A stretch of 64,000 nt of DNA from an uncultured Gammaproteobacteria bacterium (GCA_964496095.1 CAZBWU010000002.1:79595-143594), one strand, 5' to 3'. Numbered from the stretch's first letter, positions 29,469 to 39,566 are shown. The notes: generated by a model from the letters alone, not told the origin. Made by a program: numbers and translations.

Positions 29469-30335
29469 TTATTTAAATTTTAAAATTTTATTCACCAAAT
29501 CCCCTACCCAAGCCAAAGCAATGCCGACTGGTCGGAATAAAACAAGCCATATCCACACATAAGCAGGCTCCCATTTCTTAAAATAAATCAGCATACTGGC
29601 AGTAAACTGTTTTTGCTTCCATAAAGTAGTCCTCTGCCTAACACTCTGGCCGACATAGTCTACACAACTGATTACCGGTGTGTGTATAACTTTAAACCCA
29701 AGTTTTTTTATCTCTCGGCACAAATCTACATCTTCAAACCAAAAAAAGTATCTTGGGTCAAATGCCCAACCTAGTTTTTCATAAACTTCCCGACGCATAA
29801 TCATAAAAGATCCACGTACTGAATCCACTTCCTGTTCTATGTCGGCGTTAAAATCTGTAAATAAGTAACGATTCAAAACAGAAGGAAATAAATGCGGTAA
29901 TTTAAAAATCAAGGCAAGCTGATCCAAAATCTTTGGAAAACGCCTTGGTTGTGCGTCTTTATTCAAATTCCCACGCTCATCCACTAATTTACAACTAGCC
30001 AAACCAACTCGCGGATTCTTTCTCATCCAGTCCACCATAATATCAAGCGAGTCTGCGCTGACCCGCATATCAGGATTTAAAAAAAGCAAAAATTCGCCTT
30101 GCGCCGTTTTGGCTGCCAAATTATTGGCTCCTGCAAAACCTAAATTTTTATCGCTCTTAATAAGTTTCACCTGTGAAAATTCTTTCTCAATTATATTAGC
30201 TGTATTATCAGAAGAACCATTATCAACTATAATTTCTTCAAAAGAAATATTTTTACAACCTGCCCAAACAGATTTAATTTGTTCAGAAATTAAATCTGCG
30301 GAATTCCAAGTGACGGTGATGATTGAAAGATTCAT
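29469..30335 (-). CDS. Glycosyltransferase family 2 (WbbL-like)
   Basis: IIVDNGSSD, NLGFAGANN, LNPD, FEDVDLC. Confidence 0.88.
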   Translation of the reverse strand: MNLSIITVTWNSADLISEQIKSVWAGCKNISFEEIIVDNGSSDNTANIIEKEFSQVKLIKSDKNLGFAGANNLAAKTAQGEFLLFLNPDMRVSADSLDIMVDWMRKNPRVGLASCKLVDERGNLNKDAQPRRFPKILDQLALIFKLPHLFPSVLNRYLFTDFNADIEQEVDSVRGSFMIMRREVYEKLGWAFDPRYFFWFEDVDLCREIKKLGFKVIHTPVISCVDYVGQSVRQRTTLWKQKQFTASMLIYFKKWEPAYVWIWLVLFRPVGIALAWVGDLVNKILKFK

Positions 30336-30350
30336 AAAATAGCAACAAAC

Positions 30351-30719
30351 TTATCTCTGTTTAAGTTGTTCTTTAAAAAAATCAACAACTGGTATGGCCG
30401 TGGGGTCAATCCCCTACAACATTGCAGAATAAAAACTAATATTGGCAGTAAAAACCAAAATTTCACAGGCTTGTGAAATCATATTTTTTCCCAAACACAC
30501 ACAAGACAACCGTGTTATACTATTTTTCTCTCAAATACCCCAGGTGATTTCATAACGTTTCTGTACACGCTTATCATACAACTCAGACTCCAACAAAACA
30601 AGGGCAAGATTATTTTTATTTGATTCTGGAAATAATATCCCCTCTAATAAATGACCGATAATTTCAAGCGGCACTTTTAAATCATTACGAAAAAGAGTCT
30701 GAATAACATGCGGGTCCTT
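30351..30719 (-). pseudogene. Degraded C-terminal part of bifunctional phosphoglucose/phosphomannose isomerase
   Basis: Manual translation ...PLEIIGHLLEGILFP...LLESELYDKRVQKRYEIT...SFYSAML*GIDPTAIPVVDFFKEQL, with in-frame TGA (30533-30531) and TAG (30416-30414). Confidence 0.65.
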
Positions 30720-30812
30720 TCTACCTGCTTACCCAAAGATTCAATATTATTTTTTATATTCTTAGATTCTAGTTGGACAATTTTGGATTGGTTATCTAAC
30801 ATAAAATTTTAC

Positions 30813-31430
30813 TTATAACCTAACTGGTTTAATTTTTCTCTTTAAAAGTTTTATATGGTATTTTTGTAGCGGTTCAAATAACTTTTTCTGTTTTATAATT
30901 CTACGTGCTAGACGACTGCGTATATTAATTACCATATCTGCTTTAAATCGCAAATCCTGATCTATTGCTTTCTCGTCGCCAGCAAAAAATTCCAACCCTC
31001 GACTGAGTCCAATCTTACCAAGAGCATCTAATTTGTCGGCATCTCGTAAAATCCAAGATAACTTATTCTTATCGGCGGCATTATTCCAATGATAGCGTAC
31101 TGCATATAAAATTTGTAGTTTTTCTGTTTTAGATAATACACTAAATTCTTTATCTTCCCGAAACCATTCCTGACACATTTCATACGAAAGCTCATGATGA
31201 CTTTTTATATTACCTGGAAATTCTTCTGTTACTCTTCCAATATCGTGTAGTACTGCTGAAATTTCTGACAAAAATATATTAGCCTTTTCTGCTTTGGCGA
31301 TAATTACGGCCCACTTACTCACCCGCTGAGCATGATCAAACCCATGGGCTTTAACTGGATACTCGGTAAATAAATCTTTTACCTTCGCCCGCGTATAAAT
31401 TATTAATCTTTTTTGAATACTGGAATACAT
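30813..31430 (-). CDS. HD-domain phosphohydrolase
   Basis: HGFDHAQRV, LHDIGR, HH, LRDADKLDALG. Confidence 0.88.
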   Translation of the reverse strand: MYSSIQKRLIIYTRAKVKDLFTEYPVKAHGFDHAQRVSKWAVIIAKAEKANIFLSEISAVLHDIGRVTEEFPGNIKSHHELSYEMCQEWFREDKEFSVLSKTEKLQILYAVRYHWNNAADKNKLSWILRDADKLDALGKIGLSRGLEFFAGDEKAIDQDLRFKADMVINIRSRLARRIIKQKKLFEPLQKYHIKLLKRKIKPVRL

Positions 31431-31444
31431 ACTTAAAGCTAAAC

Positions 31445-32296
31445 TTAGACTTGTTTATTTCTCAAGGCTGCATACTTTACCAACGTATCTCGAACGGCTT
31501 CATGTACCTCGCGCATCTGTATACCAAGTTTTACCAAATTACCAGATTGTAAAATATTATTTGATCTAGTTTTTTTCGCCAAACCGCTCGTTACCAATTC
31601 TTGCTCTGAAATCCATTCATTAGTATGACTTGGATCTACAATTTCATTGTACATGGCTAAAATTTCTTTATGTTTAATAGCGCCAGGATTGGTCACATGA
31701 AAAATTCCACTGGCTTGTTTTTCTAACAGTTGCTTAAAAACTCTAACCATATCCTCTACCACAGTCACGCTATTTACCACATCAGCAACTCGTGGAAATA
31801 AAGCCAGCTTGTCTATTAAATTTGCCGGTGAAGATTTGTAATCAATCGGCATTCTAATCCTCGCGATTCCTACATTTGGCAAAGTTGATAAAACTAAATC
31901 CGCTGCATATTTACTACGAGTATATACAGCCAGCGGGTTGGCCGGATCTTCCTCTTTCCAACCGTTTGTGTCTGAAGAATAACCATAATAAATACAGCCT
32001 GTACCCATATGCAACAGATAAACATTTTTTTTCTGACACGCTTCGGCAATCATAATCGGCAAAGTAGTATTGCCTGCAACTGTTTCCAATTGATGGGTTT
32101 CACACCAATCTACATTTGGCTTACCGACTATCCCAGCAGCATTGAGAACTGAATCCGGTTTGTGCTCATCAAGTAAATCTTCTACGTCCTTTACCGAAGT
32201 AATTATTTTACTTGATAAAATTGCCTCCGGCCAAAGACTAGCGCATCTTGATCCCAAAAAACCACTGCCGATAATTAAGATTTTTTTTGCTGACAT
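31445..32296 (-). CDS. NDP-4-keto-6-deoxyglucose 3,5-epimerase/4-reductase (NRS/ER, RmlD-like fold)
   Basis: GSGFLG, GKPNVDWCE, GTGCIY, Y..SK, RIRMPI. Confidence 0.8.
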   Translation of the reverse strand: MSAKKILIIGSGFLGSRCASLWPEAILSSKIITSVKDVEDLLDEHKPDSVLNAAGIVGKPNVDWCETHQLETVAGNTTLPIMIAEACQKKNVYLLHMGTGCIYYGYSSDTNGWKEEDPANPLAVYTRSKYAADLVLSTLPNVGIARIRMPIDYKSSPANLIDKLALFPRVADVVNSVTVVEDMVRVFKQLLEKQASGIFHVTNPGAIKHKEILAMYNEIVDPSHTNEWISEQELVTSGLAKKTRSNNILQSGNLVKLGIQMREVHEAVRDTLVKYAALRNKQV

Positions 32297-32307
32297 AAAT
32301 TTTTAAA

Positions 32308-33318
32308 TTATTTTCTCTCTAAATACTGTTTTTTAAAATACTCCGCATGTTCCCCATTTTTGAGTGGCTGCCACCAATCTGGATTATTTTTATACCACGC
32401 AATAGTTTCCTTCAATCCTGTTTCAAAATCCTTTTCCGCTTTCCAACCAAAATCGTTTTCCAATTTACTGCAATCTATAGAATATCTTCTATCGTGTCCT
32501 GGCCTATCTTTGACTGGCTCAATCATTTCTTCGCCCATTTCCATCTCAGATAAAATTAATTTTGTAATCTCTATATTTTTCAACTCCTTACCAGTTCCAA
32601 TATTATAAACATTGCCCGCCTCTGCCTGGTGTAATAAAACATCAATCGCTCGGCAATGATCGCTCGTGTGGATCCACTCTCGCACATTCTTACCATCTCC
32701 ATACAGCGGCACTTTTTTACCCTCAATTAAGTTGGTAATAAAAAATGGGATTAATTTTTCAGGAAATTGATTGGTGCCATAAAAATTACAGCTATGAGAA
32801 ACTACTATCGGTGTTTTGTAAGTGACAAAATAGGCGCGACACAGATGGTCGCCTCCGGCCTTGGCCGCGGCGTAAGGACTATTAGGAGAAAAAGAAGAAT
32901 CCTCGGTAAAACTTCCCTCCTCTATACTTCCATAAACTTCATCTGTAGATACCTGAACCATTTTTTTGAGATTAAAATTTTTGGTCGCCTCAAGTAAATT
33001 GAAAGATCCTAAAATTTCTGTGCGTAAAAAAACATCTGGATCCATAATCGATCGATCTACATGACTTTCAGCTGCATAATTAACTATTGCGTCAATTTTA
33101 TTTTCCTCAACGACTTTATTTACCGCCTCGCGATCGCAAATATCTCCCTGCACAAATTTATATTGAGGATTGTTTTCTACTTCGCGTAAATTTTCCAAAT
33201 TACCGGCATAGGTTAACTTATCAAAATTAATCACTTTGTAACCAGGATACTTTACCAAAATATATTTTATAAAATGGGATCCCATAAATCCCGCTCCACC
33301 ACAAACTAAAAGATTCAT
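32308..33318 (-). CDS. rfbB: dTDP-glucose 4,6-dehydratase
   Basis: DKLTYAGNLENL, AAESHVDRSI, VSTDEVYG, QFPEKLIP, DRPGHDRRY. Confidence 0.95.
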   Translation of the reverse strand: MNLLVCGGAGFMGSHFIKYILVKYPGYKVINFDKLTYAGNLENLREVENNPQYKFVQGDICDREAVNKVVEENKIDAIVNYAAESHVDRSIMDPDVFLRTEILGSFNLLEATKNFNLKKMVQVSTDEVYGSIEEGSFTEDSSFSPNSPYAAAKAGGDHLCRAYFVTYKTPIVVSHSCNFYGTNQFPEKLIPFFITNLIEGKKVPLYGDGKNVREWIHTSDHCRAIDVLLHQAEAGNVYNIGTGKELKNIEITKLILSEMEMGEEMIEPVKDRPGHDRRYSIDCSKLENDFGWKAEKDFETGLKETIAWYKNNPDWWQPLKNGEHAEYFKKQYLERK

Positions 33319-33333
33319 ACAAAAATGTTTAAT

Positions 33334-34437
33334 CTATTTCACCGAACTATATTTACTAATACTGGCTACAATACCTATACTAGCTAACCCAATTAACATA
33401 GCCGTACCACCGTGGCTGACAAACGGCAGTGGCACACCTGTTAATGGTAATAGACCAATAATAGTGCCAATATTTAGAAAAGATTGCCAGATAAACCATA
33501 CCATAATCCCTACCCCAAGTAAACGACCAAACTCATCTGGAGCGCCCTTGGCTATCTTAAACCCCCTTAATCCTAAGAATGTAATAAGAAGCACCAGAAA
33601 GCTGGTTTTAAGCAATCCCATCTCTTCGGCTATAACCGCAAAAATTGAGTCTGCTTGCACTTCGGGTAAATATTGGAACTTTTGTCGGGAATGACCCAAA
33701 CCAAGCCCCCAGAAGCCTCCAGAGCCCACTGCTAGGTATGCCTGATTGATTTGATAGCCAATGCCCTGGGGATCAAGTTCCGGATGCAAAAAAGTTGTAA
33801 GTCTTTTAACTCTATATGGTGCCACTAATAATAACACCACAAAGGCAACTATCCCAAGCAAAGCCAAAATGGCCAAATAAACCTTTGGGGTGTTTGCCAA
33901 ATAAAGCATCGCGAAAATAATTACTACCAAAATTGATAAGGTGCCCACATCAGGCTGAGCAGCGATTAATAATACTGCTGGCGAAAGAATCGCTAAAACT
34001 GGCAACAGTCCATTTTTCCAATCGCTTAGATCTCTTTTTTCCGACAACATTTTTGCTAAAATAATAATCACCGTTAATTTTACAAATTCAGATGGTTGAA
34101 AACTAAACCCAAACAAATGTACCCAACTCCTAGAACCATTAATCATAAGACTAATACTTGGTATAAAAACCAAACATAGAGCTCCTAGAGACAATAAATA
34201 AACAATACCACCCAATTTTTGCCAAATTTGATATTTTAGATTTCCTAAAATAAAAAATAAAAATAATCCCGGCAAAACTCCGAACAAAATTTGTTTCTTA
34301 ATAAAAAAATAAATATCGCCAAACTTGGCATATCCTACGGGTGCACTAGCCGAAGAAAGTAGTATTAATCCAAAAACAACCAAAATACCAAAAAACAATA
34401 AAAATAATCTATCCGCTGATTTTTTATATTTCTCCAT
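33334..34437 (-). CDS. ftsW: SEDS peptidoglycan glycosyltransferase FtsW
   Basis: QPSEFVK, QPDVGT, GYQ..Q...A.GSGG..GLGLG.S.QKF.YLPE, PLTGVPLPFVSHGG. Confidence 0.92.
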   Translation of the reverse strand: MEKYKKSADRLFLLFFGILVVFGLILLSSASAPVGYAKFGDIYFFIKKQILFGVLPGLFLFFILGNLKYQIWQKLGGIVYLLSLGALCLVFIPSISLMINGSRSWVHLFGFSFQPSEFVKLTVIIILAKMLSEKRDLSDWKNGLLPVLAILSPAVLLIAAQPDVGTLSILVVIIFAMLYLANTPKVYLAILALLGIVAFVVLLLVAPYRVKRLTTFLHPELDPQGIGYQINQAYLAVGSGGFWGLGLGHSRQKFQYLPEVQADSIFAVIAEEMGLLKTSFLVLLITFLGLRGFKIAKGAPDEFGRLLGVGIMVWFIWQSFLNIGTIIGLLPLTGVPLPFVSHGGTAMLIGLASIGIVASISKYSSVK

Positions 34438-34461
34438 AGAGCCCACTTACTTTACCAAACA

Positions 34462-34815
34462 TTACGAATTTAACCCTACCAACAAAAGAACGCCGACCGT
34501 CAAAAAAACATGAAAGAAAAAAACCCAAAAACTTAAAAACCTAGCTAAAAATTTGTCAAACTTGTACATAGCTGCAGAAAAAAGATAGTTCGCAAAAATA
34601 ATCAAAATTCCTATAGCTGGCAAGTAATAAATTTGCCACCAATTACCAACCAGATCAACGCCAAAAATGATATTATAGTGCAAGAAAATCTGGCCAGCAT
34701 CTTGTCGAATGTTAAAAATCAGGCTCCACCACAAAAATAACTGCAATAAAACAGATCCTGCCAAAGGCAAGGAAACCCACAAATCTCGGAAATATAGCTT
34801 GAAAGAGTAAAACAC
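34462..34815 (-). CDS. Hypothetical membrane protein (3 TM)
   Basis: LHYNIIFGVDLVG motif between TM helices. Likely GTG start at 34815, since the longer ORF overlaps promoters. Confidence 0.7.
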   Translation of the reverse strand: MFYSFKLYFRDLWVSLPLAGSVLLQLFLWWSLIFNIRQDAGQIFLHYNIIFGVDLVGNWWQIYYLPAIGILIIFANYLFSAAMYKFDKFLARFLSFWVFFFHVFLTVGVLLLVGLNS

Positions 34816-34822
34816 AGCTTCC

Positions 34823-34872
34823 TTGACAATAATTACAAGATATAGTATATTATTTCTACTCAAATAAATCAA
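34823..34872. promoter_or_regulatory. Overlapping divergent sigma70 promoters
   Basis: Plus: TTGACA(34823-34828)-N17-TATATT(34846-34851). Minus: TTGATT(34872-34867)-N17-TATACT(34849-34844). Confidence 0.6.
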
Positions 34873-34887
34873 CCCTAACAGTATCTT

Positions 34888-35163
34888 ATGTCACATAAAA
34901 AAGCAGGTGGCTCTACCCGGTTGGGTCGCGATTCCGCCGCCCAACGCCTAGGTGTTAAGCTCCACGACGGTCAGGCTGTACAAAAAGGTATGATAATCAT
35001 ACGTCAAAGAGGCTCAAAATTCCGTGTTGGAAAAAATGTTAAAAGAGCTGGCGATGATAGCATCTTTGCTATGGAAAACGGCAAAGTCAAATTCACACAA
35101 AAGAAAAGACGCCGATTTGATGGAACTATGGTCATGGCCAAGTTTGTCCACGTAGTAGCCTAA
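34888..35163 (+). CDS. rpmA: 50S ribosomal protein L27
   Basis: MSHKKAGGST..GRDS...RLGVK, IIIRQRG. Confidence 0.97.
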   Translation: MSHKKAGGSTRLGRDSAAQRLGVKLHDGQAVQKGMIIIRQRGSKFRVGKNVKRAGDDSIFAMENGKVKFTQKKRRRFDGTMVMAKFVHVVA

Positions 35164-35172
35164 ATTAAACTT

Positions 35173-35214
35173 AAAACAAAAAACCCTGTATAGCATACAG
35201 AGTTTTTTGTTTTT
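35173..35214. terminator. Bidirectional intrinsic terminator
   Basis: AAAACAAAAAACCCTGTAT-agc-ATACAGAGTTTTTTGTTTT between convergent genes. Confidence 0.75.
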
Positions 35215-35218
35215 GTGA

Positions 35219-36121
35219 TTATTCTATCCCCCATTCCTTCTTAAGCTCAGCTATACCTTCCTCTAAAGAGATGGCTGGTTCCCAACCAAGGAGGGTTTTG
35301 GCTCTTGTATTGTCTGCTGCTGCAGAGGCCATTTCACCAATCCTGGCCGGTATATTGATTCTAGAACCTCCGATTAAGTCAGCTATCTCATTTACACTTG
35401 TTTGATTTCCAGATCCAATATTTATAACAGATCCACTAGTAACTTCTGATTGCCAGGCTAAAATATTAGCCCGCACCACATCTCTTACATGAACATAATC
35501 ACGAGTTGCCAGACCATTACCAACTATAGTCATGGGAACATTCTTAGATTTTTGATTTAAAAAAATAGGTATTACCATTGGATATGCGCCTGTAGCCAAT
35601 TTACGCGGTCCAAATACATTAAAATACCTAAGACTAACTGTTTTTAAAGCATACAATTTAGAAAATAATTTACAATAATTTTCTCCTATCAGCTTATGTA
35701 GCCCATAAGGACTTACTGGACTAACTATTGCATCTTCTTTAAATGGTGGCTCTTCCAAACCGTATACTGCACATGAAGAAGAAAAGACTACTTTATCTAC
35801 CTGGTTTTCCTTAGCGGCCCAAAGCACATTTAATGTGCCGTTCACATTAATATCATTTGTAACTAATGGATTTTCAATAGAAATAGGTAGGCGCGGATCA
35901 GCCGCTAAATGAAAGATAGCTTCTGTATTTTTAAATATTTTTTTTAAACTTTTATAATCTCTAATATCTTTTTTATAAAATTTGGCTTTTTTATTTATAA
36001 ATTCCTTTTTACCAAGCATTAAATTATCAACTACAACCACCTCATGACCAAGTCTAATTAACTCATCGGTTAAATGTGAACCAATAAAACCAGCACCACC
36101 TGTGACAACTAATTTAGACAT
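35219..36121 (-). CDS. NAD-dependent nucleotide-sugar epimerase/dehydratase
   Basis: TGGAGFIGSH, SS.AVYG, PY..HK, LRYFNVFGP, RDYVHV.DV. Confidence 0.9.
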   Translation of the reverse strand: MSKLVVTGGAGFIGSHLTDELIRLGHEVVVVDNLMLGKKEFINKKAKFYKKDIRDYKSLKKIFKNTEAIFHLAADPRLPISIENPLVTNDINVNGTLNVLWAAKENQVDKVVFSSSCAVYGLEEPPFKEDAIVSPVSPYGLHKLIGENYCKLFSKLYALKTVSLRYFNVFGPRKLATGAYPMVIPIFLNQKSKNVPMTIVGNGLATRDYVHVRDVVRANILAWQSEVTSGSVINIGSGNQTSVNEIADLIGGSRINIPARIGEMASAAADNTRAKTLLGWEPAISLEEGIAELKKEWGIE

Positions 36122-36124
36122 AAA

Positions 36125-37522
36125 TTAATTTTTTCCTTTAATAAATTGGGAACCGACAGCTATAACATCATATCCTGCTCCTTGCATTTTTTCATAACTA
36201 TGAGAAATCATACGCCTACCATCTGCGATTAAATACGGAGTTGGACAAACTTTTAAAATGAGCTGGTCTAAGGTACTGAATTGAGGCCAGTCCGTAAGAA
36301 TAAAACAAGCAGAACTATCTTTCAATGCCTCTTCTTCATTAACACAATAGTGAATTAAATCGGCATATTTATCACCATAATTTTTTTTAAATATTTCATT
36401 AGAAACAGGATCGTAAATACGTAATTGGCCTACCCCATTTTCAATTAATTTAACTACTATATCCGAAGCCCCAGAATTTCTAATATCATTAGTATCACGC
36501 TTAAATGATAAACCGAGGATCGCTAACGACCTTCCTTTGACTACAAAGTTCGCATCCTTTTTAATTCTTTCAAAAAAATTATCAAATTGAAAAATATTTC
36601 CATGCAAAACACTGCGAATTTGTTCTGTATTGCCACCTGCAACTTCTAACTGACGAGCTAGGGCAAACGAATCCTTGGTTAGGCAACTACCACCAGCATA
36701 GATATTATTATAAAATCCATAATTACCTATCCTTTTATCGGTTGTAATTATCTTTCGGAGTTTTTCAAAATTAATACCAGATATTACCTCGCTGGCTCTT
36801 CCTACCACCTCAAAAGTCGTAACCAAACGACTAAGTAAAATATAATTGGATATCAACTTACCGGCCGCAGATTCACGTGGATTAACTTCAACATAAGATA
36901 CCCCCGGAGCATTATAAAAACGCTGATAAAGTTCACGCATTATTATAAAGTCTTTTTCTTGTGTTGCTCCCACCACCACTCTGTCGGGGCTAAACGAATC
37001 CTTAACAGCCTGTCCTTCTACTAAAAACTCTGGGTTGGACACAACACCAAAATTTTTAACACCCTTATTTTCAAAATTTTGGACGAGTTTTTCTTGCGTA
37101 TTGATAGGCACTGTACTTTTTATGGCTATAACAACATACTTTTCCTGGCTTCCTCCATTACGATGAAGCAACGCCTGAGACAAGGCGAAAACTGCATCAT
37201 CAAAATATGAAAGATTATAATCCCCCACTTCTTTATTTTTAAGAGGGGTTGGCACACAAATAAAAATTACATCCGCTGAATCAAGGTAACTAGAAAATTT
37301 ATTATAATCATCGGTAAAGACCATTCTTTGTTTATTCTGCACAATTAAACTGCCCAAATCTTGCTCAAATAAAGCAGACTCAATTAAATCGCGATCAAAG
37401 GTATTAAGAACACCTATTCTTTCTTTGTTTATATCATAAACAACAGCATTGTGGCCAAATTTTGCCATTACTACAGCACTACAACTCCCAACAAAACCAG
37501 CACCTATATACAGAATGTTCAT
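36125..37522 (-). CDS. ugd: UDP-glucose/GDP-mannose dehydrogenase family protein
   Basis: GAGFVG, CVPTP, KSTVP, SNPEFLVEG.AV.D, GGSCLTKD, LGLSFK..TND.R. Confidence 0.88.
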   Translation of the reverse strand: MNILYIGAGFVGSCSAVVMAKFGHNAVVYDINKERIGVLNTFDRDLIESALFEQDLGSLIVQNKQRMVFTDDYNKFSSYLDSADVIFICVPTPLKNKEVGDYNLSYFDDAVFALSQALLHRNGGSQEKYVVIAIKSTVPINTQEKLVQNFENKGVKNFGVVSNPEFLVEGQAVKDSFSPDRVVVGATQEKDFIIMRELYQRFYNAPGVSYVEVNPRESAAGKLISNYILLSRLVTTFEVVGRASEVISGINFEKLRKIITTDKRIGNYGFYNNIYAGGSCLTKDSFALARQLEVAGGNTEQIRSVLHGNIFQFDNFFERIKKDANFVVKGRSLAILGLSFKRDTNDIRNSGASDIVVKLIENGVGQLRIYDPVSNEIFKKNYGDKYADLIHYCVNEEEALKDSSACFILTDWPQFSTLDQLILKVCPTPYLIADGRRMISHSYEKMQGAGYDVIAVGSQFIKGKN

Positions 37523-37525
37523 AAT

Positions 37526-37542
37526 CGAAATGAGTGAGTATA
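37526..37542. repeat. CGAAATGAGTGAG(TATA), short copy of the element at 61686
   Basis: 13-bp exact match to 61686-61698. Both lie 3 nt upstream of a minus-strand ATG. Confidence 0.6.
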
Positions 37543-37619
37543 AAATTAAATGTGTTTAATGAGGGTTTTGATTATTAATTCAGCTAGCATTTAAGTCCCA
37601 ATCGTTTAATTACGTTAAT

Positions 37620-38570
37620 TTATTTTTCCATTTTTTTTGCTACAACTAACATATGCCCCGACAATTTATGGGTAGAAATAAATTCCTGAAAATCTTGGGT
37701 CAGCAATTGTTTAATAAATCCTTTGGCTTTCCCAGACTTCTTAACTAACTCTACGTCCAGCTTGCCAGGGGTGGAAATGTCAACTGGTATGAACCCACAT
37801 CTTTTTAAAAGCACTTCAACGGAAAAAGGGTTAAGGTAATTAAGATGTTCGTGGTCAATGGTATGGCTGGCTGTACCCTGCACTACTACATCGAACCCCA
37901 TTCCATTGGGTACTGTAAAGGCCAGCAAACCATCTTTGTTAAGCGCTTTGTGACAGGCTGTTAAAAAATTTTTGGGAGAAAACAGATGCTCCATGGTTTC
38001 AAAGTGAACTACCACGTCAAAACCCCTTCCTTTGTATTTTTCAATAGGAAGATTAACTACTTCAATACCTTTATTTCTACAAGTCTCTGCCAGGCTTTTA
38101 GAGGGCTCCACAGCTACAACTCTTTTAAATACCTTTCTACTTTTTAACTCCTCGCAGAATATCCCATGGGCTGCCCCAACTTCCAACAATGAACCGGTTT
38201 TGACTTTGTATTTCCTACAAACTTCCAACAGTCTGTCCACCCTTGGTACGAATAATTGTTTTCTCCTACTTTGTTCTGAAGCTGGAAAAATGTATTTATT
38301 CCAATAATCATAATTAGGCGAATAGGCATAAAACCACTCTAGTATCTTTGGTGTAGGACGGGGGTTGGTATAAAAGGTTTGGCAGACCAAACACTCGTCA
38401 AAATTAAACCCCCACTTTGTATATTTATGTTGCCTCTTATTGGAACCACAGGCCGGACAGGCAACCTTAACAAATTCAGACTTTTTTGACTGCATCCTCT
38501 TAATGTCTGCTTTTTTAGCAGACTCCCCCTTATTCATTAAATTTTGGGGCCTAATTTCATTTTCTCTCAT
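37620..38570 (-). CDS. Class I SAM-dependent methyltransferase with N-terminal zinc ribbon
   Basis: CPACGS..C..C, LLEVGAAHG, VEPS, FE.MEHL. Confidence 0.85.
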   Translation of the reverse strand: MRENEIRPQNLMNKGESAKKADIKRMQSKKSEFVKVACPACGSNKRQHKYTKWGFNFDECLVCQTFYTNPRPTPKILEWFYAYSPNYDYWNKYIFPASEQSRRKQLFVPRVDRLLEVCRKYKVKTGSLLEVGAAHGIFCEELKSRKVFKRVVAVEPSKSLAETCRNKGIEVVNLPIEKYKGRGFDVVVHFETMEHLFSPKNFLTACHKALNKDGLLAFTVPNGMGFDVVVQGTASHTIDHEHLNYLNPFSVEVLLKRCGFIPVDISTPGKLDVELVKKSGKAKGFIKQLLTQDFQEFISTHKLSGHMLVVAKKMEK

Positions 38571-38822
38571 ATAATTGCCAAGTGGTTAATTTTTAAAATC
38601 GCGAATCAGACAGCTTGTCAACAAAATATTTAAACTCTATTTCTACTACCGCTTCCGTGACTTCTACTACCCAATCCCAAAATTTTTAGTCGAGATGGGT
38701 AACTTCTTCCATAGTAATATATCAAACTCTGTTTTAGTTAGCAAATTATTATATATTCAAAAACTGATAGTCTTTCTAAGGCTTCATACCTGATTAGCTC
38801 GCATTAATGATAACAATCTTCA

Positions 38823-39566
38823 TTATATAACATACTGTCTAACCTTAGAAAGCACCCTGCGCACGATAAATAAAAATGGTACGTCTAGATGATTGACCTC
38901 CCAAGCTCTTTTGAGCTCTCTCCACCCTTTTTTTCGGTGTTTTATGCTTGCGGCGCTAGTACCTCCCTCACGCATAGACACGAGCGTTTCATCAATATAA
39001 CTTAACGTAATGTGTCTGAGTAAGAAACGCAACATCAATTCATAATCCGCAGCTATCTTAAAATCAAGATTAAATAACCCATACTTTTCGTATACGCTAC
39101 GTTTTACGAAAAATGCCGGGTGCGGCATTATCCACCCTGAACGTAATTTTTCTTTGCGATATTCACCCGCGCGCCAAAACCTAACTTTTTTTTCTATATT
39201 ATCTCTATCTATGTACTGAATATTTCCATAACATGCATCTACTCCGGTTTTTTTAAACTGATTGACCACTGTTGCGATTATGTCTTTATTACAATAAAAA
39301 TCATCTGAATTGATAATTCCAATAATTTCACCAGTAGCTTTTTTTATCCCCTTATTCATGGCATCGTATATTCCTTTGTCTGGCTCTGATATAATCTCAG
39401 CTATTTGACTAGAATATTTTTTAACAATATCTAAAGTGCCATCTTTTGATCGACCATCAATAATAATATACTCAACATCTGGATAAGTTTGAGATAGTAC
39501 GCTTTCTATGGTATCTTTGATTGTTTTTTCACTATTGTAGCAAATTGTGATAATGGAAATTTTCAT
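38823..39566 (-). CDS. Glycosyltransferase family 2 (WcaE-like)
   Basis: MKISIIT..YN, IDG.S.DGT, SEPDKGIYDAMNKG, NSDD, PHP, AADYE. Confidence 0.9.
   Translation of the reverse strand: MKISIITICYNSEKTIKDTIESVLSQTYPDVEYIIIDGRSKDGTLDIVKKYSSQIAEIISEPDKGIYDAMNKGIKKATGEIIGIINSDDFYCNKDIIATVVNQFKKTGVDACYGNIQYIDRDNIEKKVRFWRAGEYRKEKLRSGWIMPHPAFFVKRSVYEKYGLFNLDFKIAADYELMLRFLLRHITLSYIDETLVSMREGGTSAASIKHRKKGWRELKRAWEVNHLDVPFLFIVRRVLSKVRQYVI

Noticed and set aside
30414-30533. Stop-codon reassignment (code 25) or selenocysteine explaining the in-frame stops
   Set aside because: Both TGA and TAG interrupt the frame, the N-terminus is missing, and TGA terminates intact genes such as murG.
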